Origin: Bdellovibrionota bacterium
GTDB lineage: Bacteria > Bdellovibrionota > Bdellovibrionia > Bdellovibrionales > UBA840
Direction of reading: 5' to 3'
DNA: 57,123 nt
Assembly: GCA_036140815.1 (NCBI GenBank)
Contig: JAYZXX010000223.1
Span: 1 to 57,123 of the forward strand
Each line of letters begins with the position of its first letter. The first letter of the stretch is position 1. The notes beneath the pieces were generated by a model, which was given only the letters and a program-made list of their open reading frames with translations, did not search any database and was not told where the DNA came from. This document shows positions 8,717-19,234 of the stretch, one piece after another. The translations under genes and the position numbers were made by a program.

Positions 8717-10111
8717 ATGAAAACAAGCTTAATTCTATCGATGTTTAGTTTTGTTATTTTACTCACTTCTTGCTTTGGTGTTGATGTCGCTCAATCCATT
8801 ATTGCAGATGACAAGTTTGAAGTATCAGCTATTAACTCAGATAGCTCGGAACTTGTTCTAGAGGGGACCGATCTTTCTGATGTGACATCGGTTAAGATCA
8901 TAATCGATAATGTTGAATATGATTTAACAGTGTCTTCAAGTTCTAGTGCTTCTATCGTGCTAAGCTTAGGTAGCTTAGGTAGTCAGATTAATTTTAATGA
9001 AACCTACACAATTAAAGTATCATCGGCAAAAACATCTAAGAGTTTTAGTTTGGAGTTGATCGATTCTGAAGCTCCTGCTGATGATGGAGACCCGGTAACT
9101 ATTTATGCGGGAAAGCTTACAGATAACAATCATCTTGGAATGGATTACAGTAAAGAAAATAAGATGATTCTTCTTGCTGGTAATTCGGGTAACTGTATAA
9201 ATGCAGTAAGCATAAGAAGTATCTACAACCCGCGTGTTATAAAAAGTTTAAGCTCCTCGACTAGCCCTGCTGTTAATGCGGGGGATTGTCGTGATGTTAA
9301 ATTTATTGATTCAGGAAAAAAGTTCGTTTTACCAATTTATGATAAGACGGTTGAAGTTTGGTCTATGGGAGAGGACCCTTCAGAAACTTCTGATTGGGTA
9401 GAGCTTTCTAGTTATAGTTTTACAACAAAACAGCCGAAAAAATTTAGCCAATTTACTGAAAGTGGAAGCTCTTATGAGTTTTTGTTATCCTCTTATGGTG
9501 GATTGATTAAAATGAGCTTGTCAAAATCGGATTGGTCTTTAAGTGTAGAAAACACTGGCTCTGAGGCGATAGATACTGGATCCAGTAAACTGTATCAAGA
9601 CGCATCTCTCATTGGAAATGACTTAATTGTAGCGACTCAGGCCGGTACGGGAAAAAACGTTGAGGTTTATGATAGTAGTTCTACAGCACTAGCTACATTT
9701 ATACTAGACAATGCTTCGCGCTATATGTGGTCTTCGCAAGCTTCCGATGATTTGAATCTTGTTGCCTTGAGTGGAAATTGGCTTGCTCTTTTTACTTACG
9801 ATTCATCACAAACAGGAAGTGCTAAGTTGGATTTAAAGTCAGAGACAGCGACAACGGCCATGCATAGGCATCTTCGCTTTTTAAACTATTCTTCGGTAAA
9901 CTATTTATTGGCCAGTACTTCCTCTGGCAATGTTGTTGTTTACAATATTAATGATCCAACTAGTCCAAGCTTGGTGCGTGACTACGAAATTACTGCCTTT
10001 GATGGAGAAGCCTACGATTTGATAGTTGATAAAGAAAATGACTGGGTTTTTGTTGCTGGTACAAATGGTAAGTTTGCAATTCTTGATTTATATCAATTGT
10101 TAAATCCTTAA
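8717..10111 (+). CDS. Lipoprotein with Ig/IPT-like N-terminal domain and beta-propeller (LVIVD-like)
   Basis: Lipobox-like LLTSC; repeats such as VVVYNINDPTSPSLV; ATG at 8717 preferred over TTG at 8699. Confidence 0.6.
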   Translation: MKTSLILSMFSFVILLTSCFGVDVAQSIIADDKFEVSAINSDSSELVLEGTDLSDVTSVKIIIDNVEYDLTVSSSSSASIVLSLGSLGSQINFNETYTIKVSSAKTSKSFSLELIDSEAPADDGDPVTIYAGKLTDNNHLGMDYSKENKMILLAGNSGNCINAVSIRSIYNPRVIKSLSSSTSPAVNAGDCRDVKFIDSGKKFVLPIYDKTVEVWSMGEDPSETSDWVELSSYSFTTKQPKKFSQFTESGSSYEFLLSSYGGLIKMSLSKSDWSLSVENTGSEAIDTGSSKLYQDASLIGNDLIVATQAGTGKNVEVYDSSSTALATFILDNASRYMWSSQASDDLNLVALSGNWLALFTYDSSQTGSAKLDLKSETATTAMHRHLRFLNYSSVNYLLASTSSGNVVVYNINDPTSPSLVRDYEITAFDGEAYDLIVDKENDWVFVAGTNGKFAILDLYQLLNP

Positions 10112-10334
10112 AAAGTTACCATCATTTGCTTAAAACGATCTTGTTTAGAATTTCTATGAGTTCCTCAGTGGCTTTCGCTTATTTCAGTCGAATAAGTTTT
10201 TCAAAATTCTAATTTCACCATAAGAGTTTGGTGTAAGTATATGATATATCTTTGTTTTTTAATTACTTGTTTAGGGAATTCAATACTTGTAAAAAAGCCT
10301 AAATAAAGATCTTCATTGAGGAAATAGGCTAGCT

Positions 10335-11564
10335 GTGTTAAAGAATCTAGTCATGACGCTAGAAAAGACTGACCTTTACCCAGATCTATTTTCGGCGGGA
10401 GATAAAATTTATTTTGATCATAATGCCACGGCACCTCTGTGTCGTAAGATTGTATCTTCTGCCCCCGAACTATTGGAAGCCTTTGGTAACCCAAGTTCCA
10501 TTCATCAATTTGGTCGTAGACCTAAAAAAATCATTCGAGACGCTAGAAATCAGTTTGCTAAGTTTGTCGATTGCCATCCTTTAGAGCTAATTTTCACTTC
10601 TGGTGGTTCAGAGAGTAATTCATTGGTGCTCAAATCTGAGTTTTTACGAGCTAGAAAAGCTGGTGTTAAGAATCCTCATTTTGTGATTTCAAAAATTGAG
10701 CATCCAGCCTCTATCAAAAGCATTGAACAATTGAAAGAGCTTGGCCTAAGGGTTTCTTGGATCGAAGTTAATCGTCATGGACAAGTTGATTATTCGCAAT
10801 ATCAAGCTTTGTTTCAAGAGCCCGTTCACTTGGTAAGTTGTATGTTAGCCAATAATGAAACGGGTTGTATTCTACCTATTAAAGAAATGTGCCAATTCGC
10901 AAAAAGCCAAGGAGCGAAGTTTCACACTGATGCTGTACAAGCACTTGGTAAAATGGAGTTTAGTTTAAAAGATTTAGGTGTAGATTACGCAAGTTTTGCT
11001 GGGCATAAGTTTTATGCCATGAAAGGGGTGGGGGCTCTTTTTTCAAAACAGGGGAATGTAATCGAAAATTTAATTTCTGGTGGTGGTCAGGAACGTTCCA
11101 GACGTGGTGGCACTGAAAACACTCTAGGGATTGCTTCCATGGGTATAGTGGCAGAATTTTTCCCGCAGCAAAAAAACTATATAGAATATGTAAGAAAGCT
11201 TCGAGATTCATTAGAGGAAAAGTTAGTGTCTAGGATCTCAGGGCTTGAAATATTGGGTCGAGATTCGAATCGAGTTTGTAACACCAGCTCTGTTTTTATT
11301 CAGGGAGTGGATGGAGAGAGCTTGCTAATGAATCTAGATCTAGCCGGAATCGCCGTTAGTACAGGGGCTGCTTGTAGCTCTGGTAACCCTGAACCAAGTC
11401 CTGTTTTAATCGCTATGGGATTAAGCCATGCAGAAGCACAAAGTTCGATGCGTGTAAGTTTAGGCTGGGGATCCACTATGGCAGAAGTAGATCGTTTTAT
11501 AGAAGAATTAGAAAAAGTTGTAATACGTTTAAGAGCCATAAAAGAAAATGGTGGTGAGTTATGA
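10335..11564 (+). CDS. iscS: Cysteine desulfurase, IscS/NifS family
   Basis: YFDHNATAP, GNPSSIH, FTSGGSESN, HTDAVQ, GHKFY (PLP Lys), STGAACSSG. Confidence 0.93.
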   Translation: MLKNLVMTLEKTDLYPDLFSAGDKIYFDHNATAPLCRKIVSSAPELLEAFGNPSSIHQFGRRPKKIIRDARNQFAKFVDCHPLELIFTSGGSESNSLVLKSEFLRARKAGVKNPHFVISKIEHPASIKSIEQLKELGLRVSWIEVNRHGQVDYSQYQALFQEPVHLVSCMLANNETGCILPIKEMCQFAKSQGAKFHTDAVQALGKMEFSLKDLGVDYASFAGHKFYAMKGVGALFSKQGNVIENLISGGGQERSRRGGTENTLGIASMGIVAEFFPQQKNYIEYVRKLRDSLEEKLVSRISGLEILGRDSNRVCNTSSVFIQGVDGESLLMNLDLAGIAVSTGAACSSGNPEPSPVLIAMGLSHAEAQSSMRVSLGWGSTMAEVDRFIEELEKVVIRLRAIKENGGEL

Positions 11565-12646
11565 GTAAAGGCAGAGTTTTACTAGCAATGAGTGGTGGAG
11601 TGGATAGCTCCGCAGCTGCGGCGGTTTTAAAAGAACAAGGCTATGATGTAGTCGGTGTAACCATGCAGGTTTGGGATTACAATAAAAGCTGTGATCTTAC
11701 AATGGAAGGCAATGGTAGTTGTTGTAGTAGCATTGATGTGGAAGATGCTAGATCGGTCGCTGATACTTTGGATATTCCATTTTATGTAATGAACTGTGAA
11801 GCTAAATTTAAAGCTAGCGTAATAGATCCATTCATACAAAATTACCTGGATGGAAAAACCCCTCTACCTTGTGTGGATTGTAATACATTTTTAAAGTTCG
11901 ACCATCTACTGAAAAAGATGAATGAACTTGGTTGTGATTATTTAGCTACAGGTCACTACGCTAGAATTGATAAAGATCATTATGGAAATCCTGTGGTGGT
12001 TACTAGTGCAGATACATTTAAAGACCAAACCTACTTTTTGTTTACTCTTCCTCCTGAAATATTACCTAAGCTTTTATTTCCTGTAGGAGGAATGGAAAAA
12101 CCAAAGGTAAGAGAATATGCAGAAAGAGCTGGTTTAAGTGTGGCTAGAAAAAAAGACTCTGTGGGGATTTGCTTCGTCGGCAAAGGCAAATACGCAGAGT
12201 TTATGGAAGAGCATGGGAATTTTGATCCAAAGACCAAGCGAGGTGTTTTTAAGCAATATCCTGATGGTAAAGTTTTAGGAAAACATAGAGGCATCCATCA
12301 TTATACTTATGGGCAAAGACGTGGATTGGGCTTATCTCATCACGAGCCTTTGTTTGTAATCAAAACGGATGTTACAGACAATACGGTTTGGGTAGGCCCA
12401 GAGAAGTACTTATTTAGTCAACGTCTAGAAATGAATAATACCCATTGGCACACACAGCTAGAAGAGGGGGAAATTGTAGACGTTAAAATCAGGTACGCCC
12501 ACTCAGGAGCAAAAGCTCGAGTTTATAAAAATGAAGATGGAACGGCGAAGATTGAGTTTTTAGAATCTCAACGAGCAATTACCCCGGGGCAAGCCGCTGT
12601 GGTTTATCGAGACAACTCTCTAGTGGGTGGTGGATGGATTCTGTAG
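11561..12646 (+). CDS. mnmA: tRNA 2-thiouridine(34) synthase
   Basis: AMSGGVDS, PCVDCN, ATGHYAR, KDQTYFL, DSVGICF, TPGQAAV. Confidence 0.97.
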   Translation: MSKGRVLLAMSGGVDSSAAAAVLKEQGYDVVGVTMQVWDYNKSCDLTMEGNGSCCSSIDVEDARSVADTLDIPFYVMNCEAKFKASVIDPFIQNYLDGKTPLPCVDCNTFLKFDHLLKKMNELGCDYLATGHYARIDKDHYGNPVVVTSADTFKDQTYFLFTLPPEILPKLLFPVGGMEKPKVREYAERAGLSVARKKDSVGICFVGKGKYAEFMEEHGNFDPKTKRGVFKQYPDGKVLGKHRGIHHYTYGQRRGLGLSHHEPLFVIKTDVTDNTVWVGPEKYLFSQRLEMNNTHWHTQLEEGEIVDVKIRYAHSGAKARVYKNEDGTAKIEFLESQRAITPGQAAVVYRDNSLVGGGWIL

Positions 12647-14052
12647 TGGAAAATCAAGAAAATAGAAGCCCTAAAATTAGCATGAAAACCTATGGTTGTA
12701 AGGTGAACACTTATGACAGTGGGCTATTGCAGGAAAAACTTAAAAAAGCAGGAATTGAAAACACTTTAAACAAAGATGTTTATATTGTGAATACCTGTGC
12801 TGTAACCCGAGAGGCTACCATGGAAGCTCTTCGTCATATTCGAAAAATGAAGAAGAACAATCCAGAAAGCCTTGTGGTGGTAACTGGTTGTGCTGCACAA
12901 GTAGATTCGGATGATTTTGTAAATGAAAAGGCCGCTGATTTTATTATCGCAAATTCTCACAAGTTTTCTATGAATGAGCTATTGACGGAAAAGCTAGAAG
13001 GAAAATCAGAGGAGCGCCTTAAGCATTCAAACATTTTTGAAAAAGAGGATTTGGACGCTGAGGGTGGATTAGAAGAAGGCCGTAGTCGAGCATTTGTTAA
13101 AATTCAAGATGGTTGTAATTCCTTTTGTACTTACTGTGTGATTCCATTTGCAAGAGGGAAAAGTAGAAGTATCCCTATTCCAGGTGTGATTGATAAGGTG
13201 AATGAGCTTTCGGACAAAGGTTTTGCGGAAGGCATTTTAACTGGAATTCATATTGGTGATTATGCCTCAGTAAAGTCTGCAGATGATAATTTAAAGGTAG
13301 TTTCAGCGCGTGGAAGAACCAATCCAGATCGTTATTATTTTTTAGAAGATTTGATCGAGCAGGTTTTAGAATATACAGAAATGCCTAGGTTTCGATTGGG
13401 TAGCATTGAGCCGGGGGAACTTAGCGAACGTTTATTAAAAACTTACTCCAATCCAAGAATGTGTCCGCATTTTCATATGAGCATTCAATCTGCTTGTAGT
13501 AAAACATTAAAGGGCATGAAAAGAAAGTACGATGCTATACTAGTAGAAAAGTCATTAAAAGACATTGAGCGGCTCGTTCCTAATGCCTACGTTGGGATGG
13601 ATGTGATTGTTGGATTTCCGGGAGAGTCTAAAGAAGATTTTGAAGAAACCTATCAGCGACTTGCTTCTTTGCCTTGGACCCGAATCCATGTGTTTCCTTA
13701 TAGTGATCGCCCAGGCACCAAATCCGAAGATTACTCAGATAAGGTAGATGGCGCTGAAAAGAAAAGACGTGCTGGCTTACTGAGGGAGCTATCCTCAAAG
13801 AGACTTAAGGAGAGTGCCTTAAAGCAAATCGGTGATACTAAGGATTGTATTTTACTTTCAAAGTATAAGGACAAGAGCAAAGTTCAGGTTTTATCAAGAG
13901 ACTATTGGCAAATGGAATTGATAAACCTTCCAGAGGGATTCGATATAGATCAGATCTCGCAAGGGGAGTTTAAAGTTAAGGTTATTTCGTTTGATGATTC
14001 TAATGCCTCTCGCATGGATGGGAAGCTTGTGGGCGAATTGATTGAGGCTTAA
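12634..14052 (+). CDS. mtaB: tRNA t6A37 methylthiotransferase (radical SAM); start may be GTG at 12646
   Basis: GCKVNTYD, NTCAVT, KIQDGCNSFCTYC, IHVFPYSDRPGT. Confidence 0.9.
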   Translation: MDSVVENQENRSPKISMKTYGCKVNTYDSGLLQEKLKKAGIENTLNKDVYIVNTCAVTREATMEALRHIRKMKKNNPESLVVVTGCAAQVDSDDFVNEKAADFIIANSHKFSMNELLTEKLEGKSEERLKHSNIFEKEDLDAEGGLEEGRSRAFVKIQDGCNSFCTYCVIPFARGKSRSIPIPGVIDKVNELSDKGFAEGILTGIHIGDYASVKSADDNLKVVSARGRTNPDRYYFLEDLIEQVLEYTEMPRFRLGSIEPGELSERLLKTYSNPRMCPHFHMSIQSACSKTLKGMKRKYDAILVEKSLKDIERLVPNAYVGMDVIVGFPGESKEDFEETYQRLASLPWTRIHVFPYSDRPGTKSEDYSDKVDGAEKKRRAGLLRELSSKRLKESALKQIGDTKDCILLSKYKDKSKVQVLSRDYWQMELINLPEGFDIDQISQGEFKVKVISFDDSNASRMDGKLVGELIEA

Positions 14053-14054
14053 AG

Positions 14055-14261
14055 ATGTCTTTGATTTTAGGACGTGACTACTACTTAGAGAATGGCTTTT
14101 GGGTTTTTACGGAGAAATTTCATATCGAAAAAGGCAGCTGTTGTGAGAACCAATGCAGGCATTGTCCTTATCAATCAAAGACAGAGTTGAAAACGGAAAT
14201 AAAAGATAACTTGCAAAGCTATCTTAAAAAAGAATATTCTAATAAAGATGAGAGTAATTAG
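14055..14261 (+). CDS. Small Cys-rich protein (DUF5522-like)
   Basis: DYYLENGFWVFTEKFH..GSCCENQCRHCPY pattern. Confidence 0.75.
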   Translation: MSLILGRDYYLENGFWVFTEKFHIEKGSCCENQCRHCPYQSKTELKTEIKDNLQSYLKKEYSNKDESN

Positions 14262-14976
14262 TCTAATCCCGTCCATCACTGAAACTTTATTAGAATGTAA
14301 AGTGGATGTAGTTGCAAGAACACGCTACTGCATTCATCCCAAGGATAGCGTTCAAAGCATTCCTATTATTGGTGGAACAAAAGCTGTGGATTGGTCAAAG
14401 GCACCTGAGGCCGAGCTTGTGATTTTGGATAAGGAAGAAAATTCCCAAAAAATGGCTGAGTCTTGCCCTTATCCGCTATATGTCATGCACATTACAAATC
14501 TAGAAAGCTTAAGGAAAACTTTGCTAGATTTATCTAAGCTTTTAAAAAATCAAAAAATTATGGACCTGGCCAATAAGCTTGAGACAGTTCTTAAAAAAGA
14601 CTTGATGGATAAAAAAAAATTAAGAGATTTTCCAGGGATTATCCAAGCCAATGAAGAATTTTTTCAATCAAAGTCCTTAAGTTATTTGATTTGGAAAAAA
14701 CCCTATATGGAAATTGGTGCCAATACCTTTATTGCTGATATGATAAAGGAGTTAGGCTACTCCTCCTTTTTTTCTTTTCAAGAAAGTAAATATCCAGAGA
14801 TCGAATCTTTGGATGCTTCAAAAAATCATGGCTACATTTTAAGCTCAGAACCATATCCTTTTGCCAAGGACTATGTTGAGTACTCAAAGGCCTTTCCTTG
14901 TGCTCTTGTGGATGGAGAGTCTTTTTCTTGGTATGGTGTCCGGAGTATAGAGTTTTTATCTAAAAATAGGCTTTAG
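14248..14976 (+). CDS. Helical-backbone metal receptor (BtuF-like) without signal peptide
   Basis: RVISLIPSITETL, TRYCIHP, IGGTK, LSSEPYPF, VDGESFSWYG. Confidence 0.8.
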   Translation: MRVISLIPSITETLLECKVDVVARTRYCIHPKDSVQSIPIIGGTKAVDWSKAPEAELVILDKEENSQKMAESCPYPLYVMHITNLESLRKTLLDLSKLLKNQKIMDLANKLETVLKKDLMDKKKLRDFPGIIQANEEFFQSKSLSYLIWKKPYMEIGANTFIADMIKELGYSSFFSFQESKYPEIESLDASKNHGYILSSEPYPFAKDYVEYSKAFPCALVDGESFSWYGVRSIEFLSKNRL

Positions 14977-15081
14977 GGGCGGGTATAGATTGTGTTTTTT
15001 CATAGAGCCTGTATCATAAAATTTAAGTGACTCCTTTTAAATTCTAAGAATAATTTTTTCAACCGAGCAGGGATAAACTAG

Positions 15082-16251
15082 ATGAATAATAAAAAAGTTT
15101 ACCAACTTGCCTTCGCTAATTTTTTATGTGCATTAGGGGGCGGTGCCGTTCTTGGGCACGCTACTAAATTAGTTACTATAGGCGGAAAGCCAGTCGGTTC
15201 TATTTTTGCTTTTTTTATTGGTACAACCCTTGGTTTGATATTGATGGAAATGGCCGCAAAATATTTTAGCGAAAAGGCACCTTGTTGGTACTCCTTATTA
15301 ACTTGCCTTTGTAGTCTTTTGATTTTATCTCTATTTTATTTTTCTTCTTCTGTGGAACTGGCTGGAGTTCTCGGTATTTGTGCTTTAATAGCTCTTTCGT
15401 TTCGCTTTTGTTTTTGGTTTCTTTCCAGGATTTATCGAAGTAATGTGGCTAGTTCTGCCCCACAACTTTTACCTCTCTTTGAGGGTAGTTATGTTGTGGG
15501 AAGTATTTTAGGGCTTTTTATTTTTGGTATTGTTTTTAAAAGGGATATAGGGATCCATGGGATTCTTGCTTTTGATATTGTATGCGCTTTGATTGCTTTT
15601 GGTATCGACTACCCGGTTCTAGAGCAAGAAAAGGCAGATGAGACTTCGGGTATTGGCTTGTTACAAAGTTTATCTGCCTTTGAAATTTTTCGGCCATTGG
15701 CAATGTTTTGTTTGATTAGTGTGGGTGTGCAGGTTTGTTTGTTTCATTTGTCAAAGTTTTGGAGCAATGGTTTGATCTTAATTGTTGGTTTTTATTCTGG
15801 CATGGCACTAGCCTCTGTGTTTGTTGCGAAGCTAAAAATTGAAAGTCCAGGCTTTTTCTCAGTATTGCAATGGAGGGGGAATTCTTATCAAATTAGTTTC
15901 TGGGTTTTTAGTTTAAGTTTAATTTTATTCGGTCTAAGTTTTTATTTTTCTAATGAGTATTTGGCTGCGAATTCTGTAGGAATGTTTTTTGTGAGTTTAT
16001 TGTTTGCGTTTCTTTATGAGGTCTTTGCCCTTGGTTTGGTGCAAAACATATCAACACGATCAAGAGAACTAGGTTTTGTTAATCCAGTGGCCCGGTCCTA
16101 TGCGATCATGGCGTTTAGTTCGGCCATTGCGATTGCCAGTTATATTGCCCTAGATCTAGAGCTTTCTTCGGTGTTTGTTGTAAGCATAACTATGCTTTGC
16201 CTTAGTTTGTTAATAAATTTATTTGAAAAGAAGAGATATTTTTTCAAATAG
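15082..16251 (+). CDS. Polytopic membrane protein, possibly divergent MFS transporter
   Basis: About 12 hydrophobic segments in two halves. Confidence 0.5.
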   Translation: MNNKKVYQLAFANFLCALGGGAVLGHATKLVTIGGKPVGSIFAFFIGTTLGLILMEMAAKYFSEKAPCWYSLLTCLCSLLILSLFYFSSSVELAGVLGICALIALSFRFCFWFLSRIYRSNVASSAPQLLPLFEGSYVVGSILGLFIFGIVFKRDIGIHGILAFDIVCALIAFGIDYPVLEQEKADETSGIGLLQSLSAFEIFRPLAMFCLISVGVQVCLFHLSKFWSNGLILIVGFYSGMALASVFVAKLKIESPGFFSVLQWRGNSYQISFWVFSLSLILFGLSFYFSNEYLAANSVGMFFVSLLFAFLYEVFALGLVQNISTRSRELGFVNPVARSYAIMAFSSAIAIASYIALDLELSSVFVVSITMLCLSLLINLFEKKRYFFK

Positions 16252-16260
16252 CTCAGTGAT

Positions 16261-17118
16261 TTAATCTTCTTTTTTGTCACGAATGTATTCTATATGAACA
16301 TCATCACCGCTGCGAACTCGAAAGACAAAACTCAAGTACTTAATATGCCTGCTATCGTCTCGTATTGCAGAAATTCCCATGTCTACATCTTCGTAAGATC
16401 TGTTTTTCTTCAAAAGAGCTGTTGGTTCTGTGGGGGCTTTGCCAAGGTTTTTAGCGGTATGTACCGCTTGATTGTAACGTTTTATTGCGAACTCAGGAAA
16501 CAAAAAGATGATTGGTTTTGTAAGGATGTCTTCTGTTTTGTAGCCCAGGACTGCTTCTACCCTTTGGTTGGAATTTAATATTTTTCCTTCTCGGTCAGTC
16601 ATGATCATCATATATGGACTGCTTTCAAAGGCTTGAAAGAAAATGTCTTTGGTGTCTGTACCTTTCCAATTTTTTTCAGCATAGTCGACGGTTTCTTGCA
16701 TTTTTTCTTCTGCCTCGATGTTTTTAGGATTTAATCCCACGATAGCTCGCAAAATATTCAGAGGCGATAATACTCCCAGTGCCTTTTTTGAGCCGGATAC
16801 AACGATGAGTCGATTGCTGTTAGTATTAAGCATCATAGGAAGTATTCCATTTAAGGGTGCTGAGGCTTCAATGAATTTCGGTTCAATGTAAAGGTTAGAG
16901 AAGTGTTTTACCGTGACACTCACTGGGTCGGTGTTTTTATCTCCTAGAGCTTTTACCAGTCGAAGCTCATCCATAAGTCCTACCACTTCCTCAGAATCAT
17001 TAACGATGGGGATAAACTTATGGTTTGTGGCTAAAAATATTTGTAACAAATCATCAAGACTAGCGCTTTCCTTGCAGGTAATTGGCTTAGGTGACATTAA
17101 ATTTCTAACGTGTTTCAT
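16261..17118 (-). CDS. CBS-pair plus PAS domain protein
   Basis: VRNLMSPKPITC, IPIVNDSEEVVGLM; FESSPYMMIMTDREGKIL..N....LGY PAS signature. Confidence 0.8.
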   Translation of the reverse strand: MKHVRNLMSPKPITCKESASLDDLLQIFLATNHKFIPIVNDSEEVVGLMDELRLVKALGDKNTDPVSVTVKHFSNLYIEPKFIEASAPLNGILPMMLNTNSNRLIVVSGSKKALGVLSPLNILRAIVGLNPKNIEAEEKMQETVDYAEKNWKGTDTKDIFFQAFESSPYMMIMTDREGKILNSNQRVEAVLGYKTEDILTKPIIFLFPEFAIKRYNQAVHTAKNLGKAPTEPTALLKKNRSYEDVDMGISAIRDDSRHIKYLSFVFRVRSGDDVHIEYIRDKKED

Positions 17119-17128
17119 TTATTTCCTT

Positions 17129-17656
17129 TTAAAGATGAATCCAAAATCTCTTTTTTTTGCTTGGGCAAATTTCACAAGGCTCGCGAATGCTCTCGAATAC
17201 GCCGCCATTTTTCAGAATTACTTTTTCAGAGGATAAGTTTTCTTCATCACAGGTTAGTAATACCTTGGGTAAAAGAAGCTTTTCCTTGCTGTAGTGAAGG
17301 GCAGCCTTTAAAAGTTTCGATGCCACTCCCATGTTGCGAAATTTTGGGTCAACCACATAGCCAATATGACCGCCGACTTGCGCTAAAAAATCATTTAATT
17401 CATGTCGAATACTCACTCGTCCAATCATTTTATTGGAGCCGTTAAAGGCAAAGAGGTTTGTGGAGGGGACATGTTCTTTGGGAATTTGAATTCCAGATTT
17501 GGCCATTTCCAGGATTTCCAAATACTTTTCATAGTCTGAATTGGCGAGATCAGTAAAGTAAAAGGCCGTTATGAAGTTTGGCTCCCAAATTTCTTTTGTA
17601 GCCTCTAAGAAACTACTTTTATCTTTGTAATCTAACTCTTTAATGACTAAATCCAT
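17129..17656 (-). CDS. GNAT family N-acetyltransferase
   Basis: IGRVSIRHELN, GGHIGYVVDPKFRNMG, TCDEENLSSEKVILKNGG. Confidence 0.9.
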   Translation of the reverse strand: MDLVIKELDYKDKSSFLEATKEIWEPNFITAFYFTDLANSDYEKYLEILEMAKSGIQIPKEHVPSTNLFAFNGSNKMIGRVSIRHELNDFLAQVGGHIGYVVDPKFRNMGVASKLLKAALHYSKEKLLLPKVLLTCDEENLSSEKVILKNGGVFESIREPCEICPSKKKRFWIHL

Positions 17657-17854
17657 AGCTAAATATTAAGGGGAATTTGTTTAAATCTCACGGACTTATT
17701 GGGTATATCTCTCTGGGTGGCTTTGTGCGTTAGGTGCTTCTTGTTTTCTAGGCAAGTATTTAGTTTTTTCCCACATAAATCTCTTAAATACATACTAAAG
17801 TTCATTAAGCTTTGATAATCTTGAGACAATTATTTTCCTACAGGAGTTAGAGGC

Positions 17855-19234
17855 TTGGCGTATAAAATTTTTCGCTTCTTGGGTTCTTTGAAAATGGCGG
17901 TTATCGTAATATTAGCAATGGCCGTTTTATCTGCTATTGGTACTTTCTTAGAGTCTCGCTACAACACAGAATTTGCACAGGTTTTAATTTACAAATCCTC
18001 ATGGATGTATGTGACCATGGCCTTTTTTTTGGTCAGCGTAGTTTTTTCCGCCGTGGAAAGGCTTCCTTGGAAACGTAGGCACATTCCATTTTTAGTTGCT
18101 CACATTGGTTTAATTATGCTGGTCTTTGGAGCTTATGTTACTCAGCAAGTGGGCTTGGATGGCACTCTAACTATTCCACTAAATGGTAAAGCTAGCCTAG
18201 TGAGTATAACGCCTAAAGATTTAAGTTTATACGCTAGTATGGATGGGGATAATTTTAGATCTCTTTATGAAAGAGAAGTTGAATTCATCTCAAATCCGCC
18301 TAGTGATCAGAATATATCTATTCCCACGGATGAAGGTCGCATTGAAATTGTAGATTATTTTCCTTTTGCTGTGCCGGAAAGAAAAATCATTGAGACGGAT
18401 AAAGATTGGGATCGCCCAGGGATTCGATTTTTACTGAAAAACCCTAATGTTAATTTTAGTGATTGGTTGGTTTTAGACCGTCCCATCGTTCGCCAAGATT
18501 TGGGGCCTGTGTTGTTGGTATTTTCTCAGGAGCTGGATAAAAAATATTTTCCAAAGAAAAACACCATTTTCTTTTATATGGAAAATGGCAAAGTTAAGGT
18601 GAAAGTTTTCAAATCTTTAAATGATCGCGCTGTGATAACGGCTGAGCTTAGTTTAGGTAAGGCTGTAGAAATGCCTTGGATGGGGATGAAGTTAAGTTTA
18701 TTAAACTTTTACCCACACGCTCGTCGAATTGTTGAGTATCAAAAACGGGAATACCCAAGTGGAATAACCACTTCTGCTTTGAAAGTGAAATACCGTGATG
18801 AATTTCATTATCTGGGCTTAAATTCTATTTTAAAGTTCTTTAACCAGACAACCGCTTATATCTTGAGTTGGGGGAATCGTCAGATTGAACTTGGCTTTCC
18901 TGTGCAATTGAAGAAATTTGAAATGGATAAATATATGGGAACCAATCGTGCGGCTAGTTATGCTAGTACAGTAGTGGTTCCTGAATTGGGTGAAGTTAAG
19001 ATTTCTATGAATGAACCTTTGAAGTTCAGAGGCTACACCTTTTATCAAGCTAGTTTTCAGCAAGATGAAAATGGCACACCAAATGCTACAATTTTATCAG
19101 TAAACAAGGATCCAGGAAGAATCTGGAAATACCTTGGTTCATTGTTGATTTGTGTTGGTTCCGTGATGCTGTTTTATATGCGTAAGTATTACGCCCAGAA
19201 GAAACCTAAGAAAGAGGAGACTGCCAATGACTAA
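17855..19234 (+). CDS. resB: Cytochrome c biogenesis protein ResB/Ccs1 (System II)
   Basis: SLKMAV...AIGT, AHIGLI, ISMNEPLKFRGYTFYQAS, VNKDPG. Confidence 0.88.
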   Translation: MAYKIFRFLGSLKMAVIVILAMAVLSAIGTFLESRYNTEFAQVLIYKSSWMYVTMAFFLVSVVFSAVERLPWKRRHIPFLVAHIGLIMLVFGAYVTQQVGLDGTLTIPLNGKASLVSITPKDLSLYASMDGDNFRSLYEREVEFISNPPSDQNISIPTDEGRIEIVDYFPFAVPERKIIETDKDWDRPGIRFLLKNPNVNFSDWLVLDRPIVRQDLGPVLLVFSQELDKKYFPKKNTIFFYMENGKVKVKVFKSLNDRAVITAELSLGKAVEMPWMGMKLSLLNFYPHARRIVEYQKREYPSGITTSALKVKYRDEFHYLGLNSILKFFNQTTAYILSWGNRQIELGFPVQLKKFEMDKYMGTNRAASYASTVVVPELGEVKISMNEPLKFRGYTFYQASFQQDENGTPNATILSVNKDPGRIWKYLGSLLICVGSVMLFYMRKYYAQKKPKKEETAND

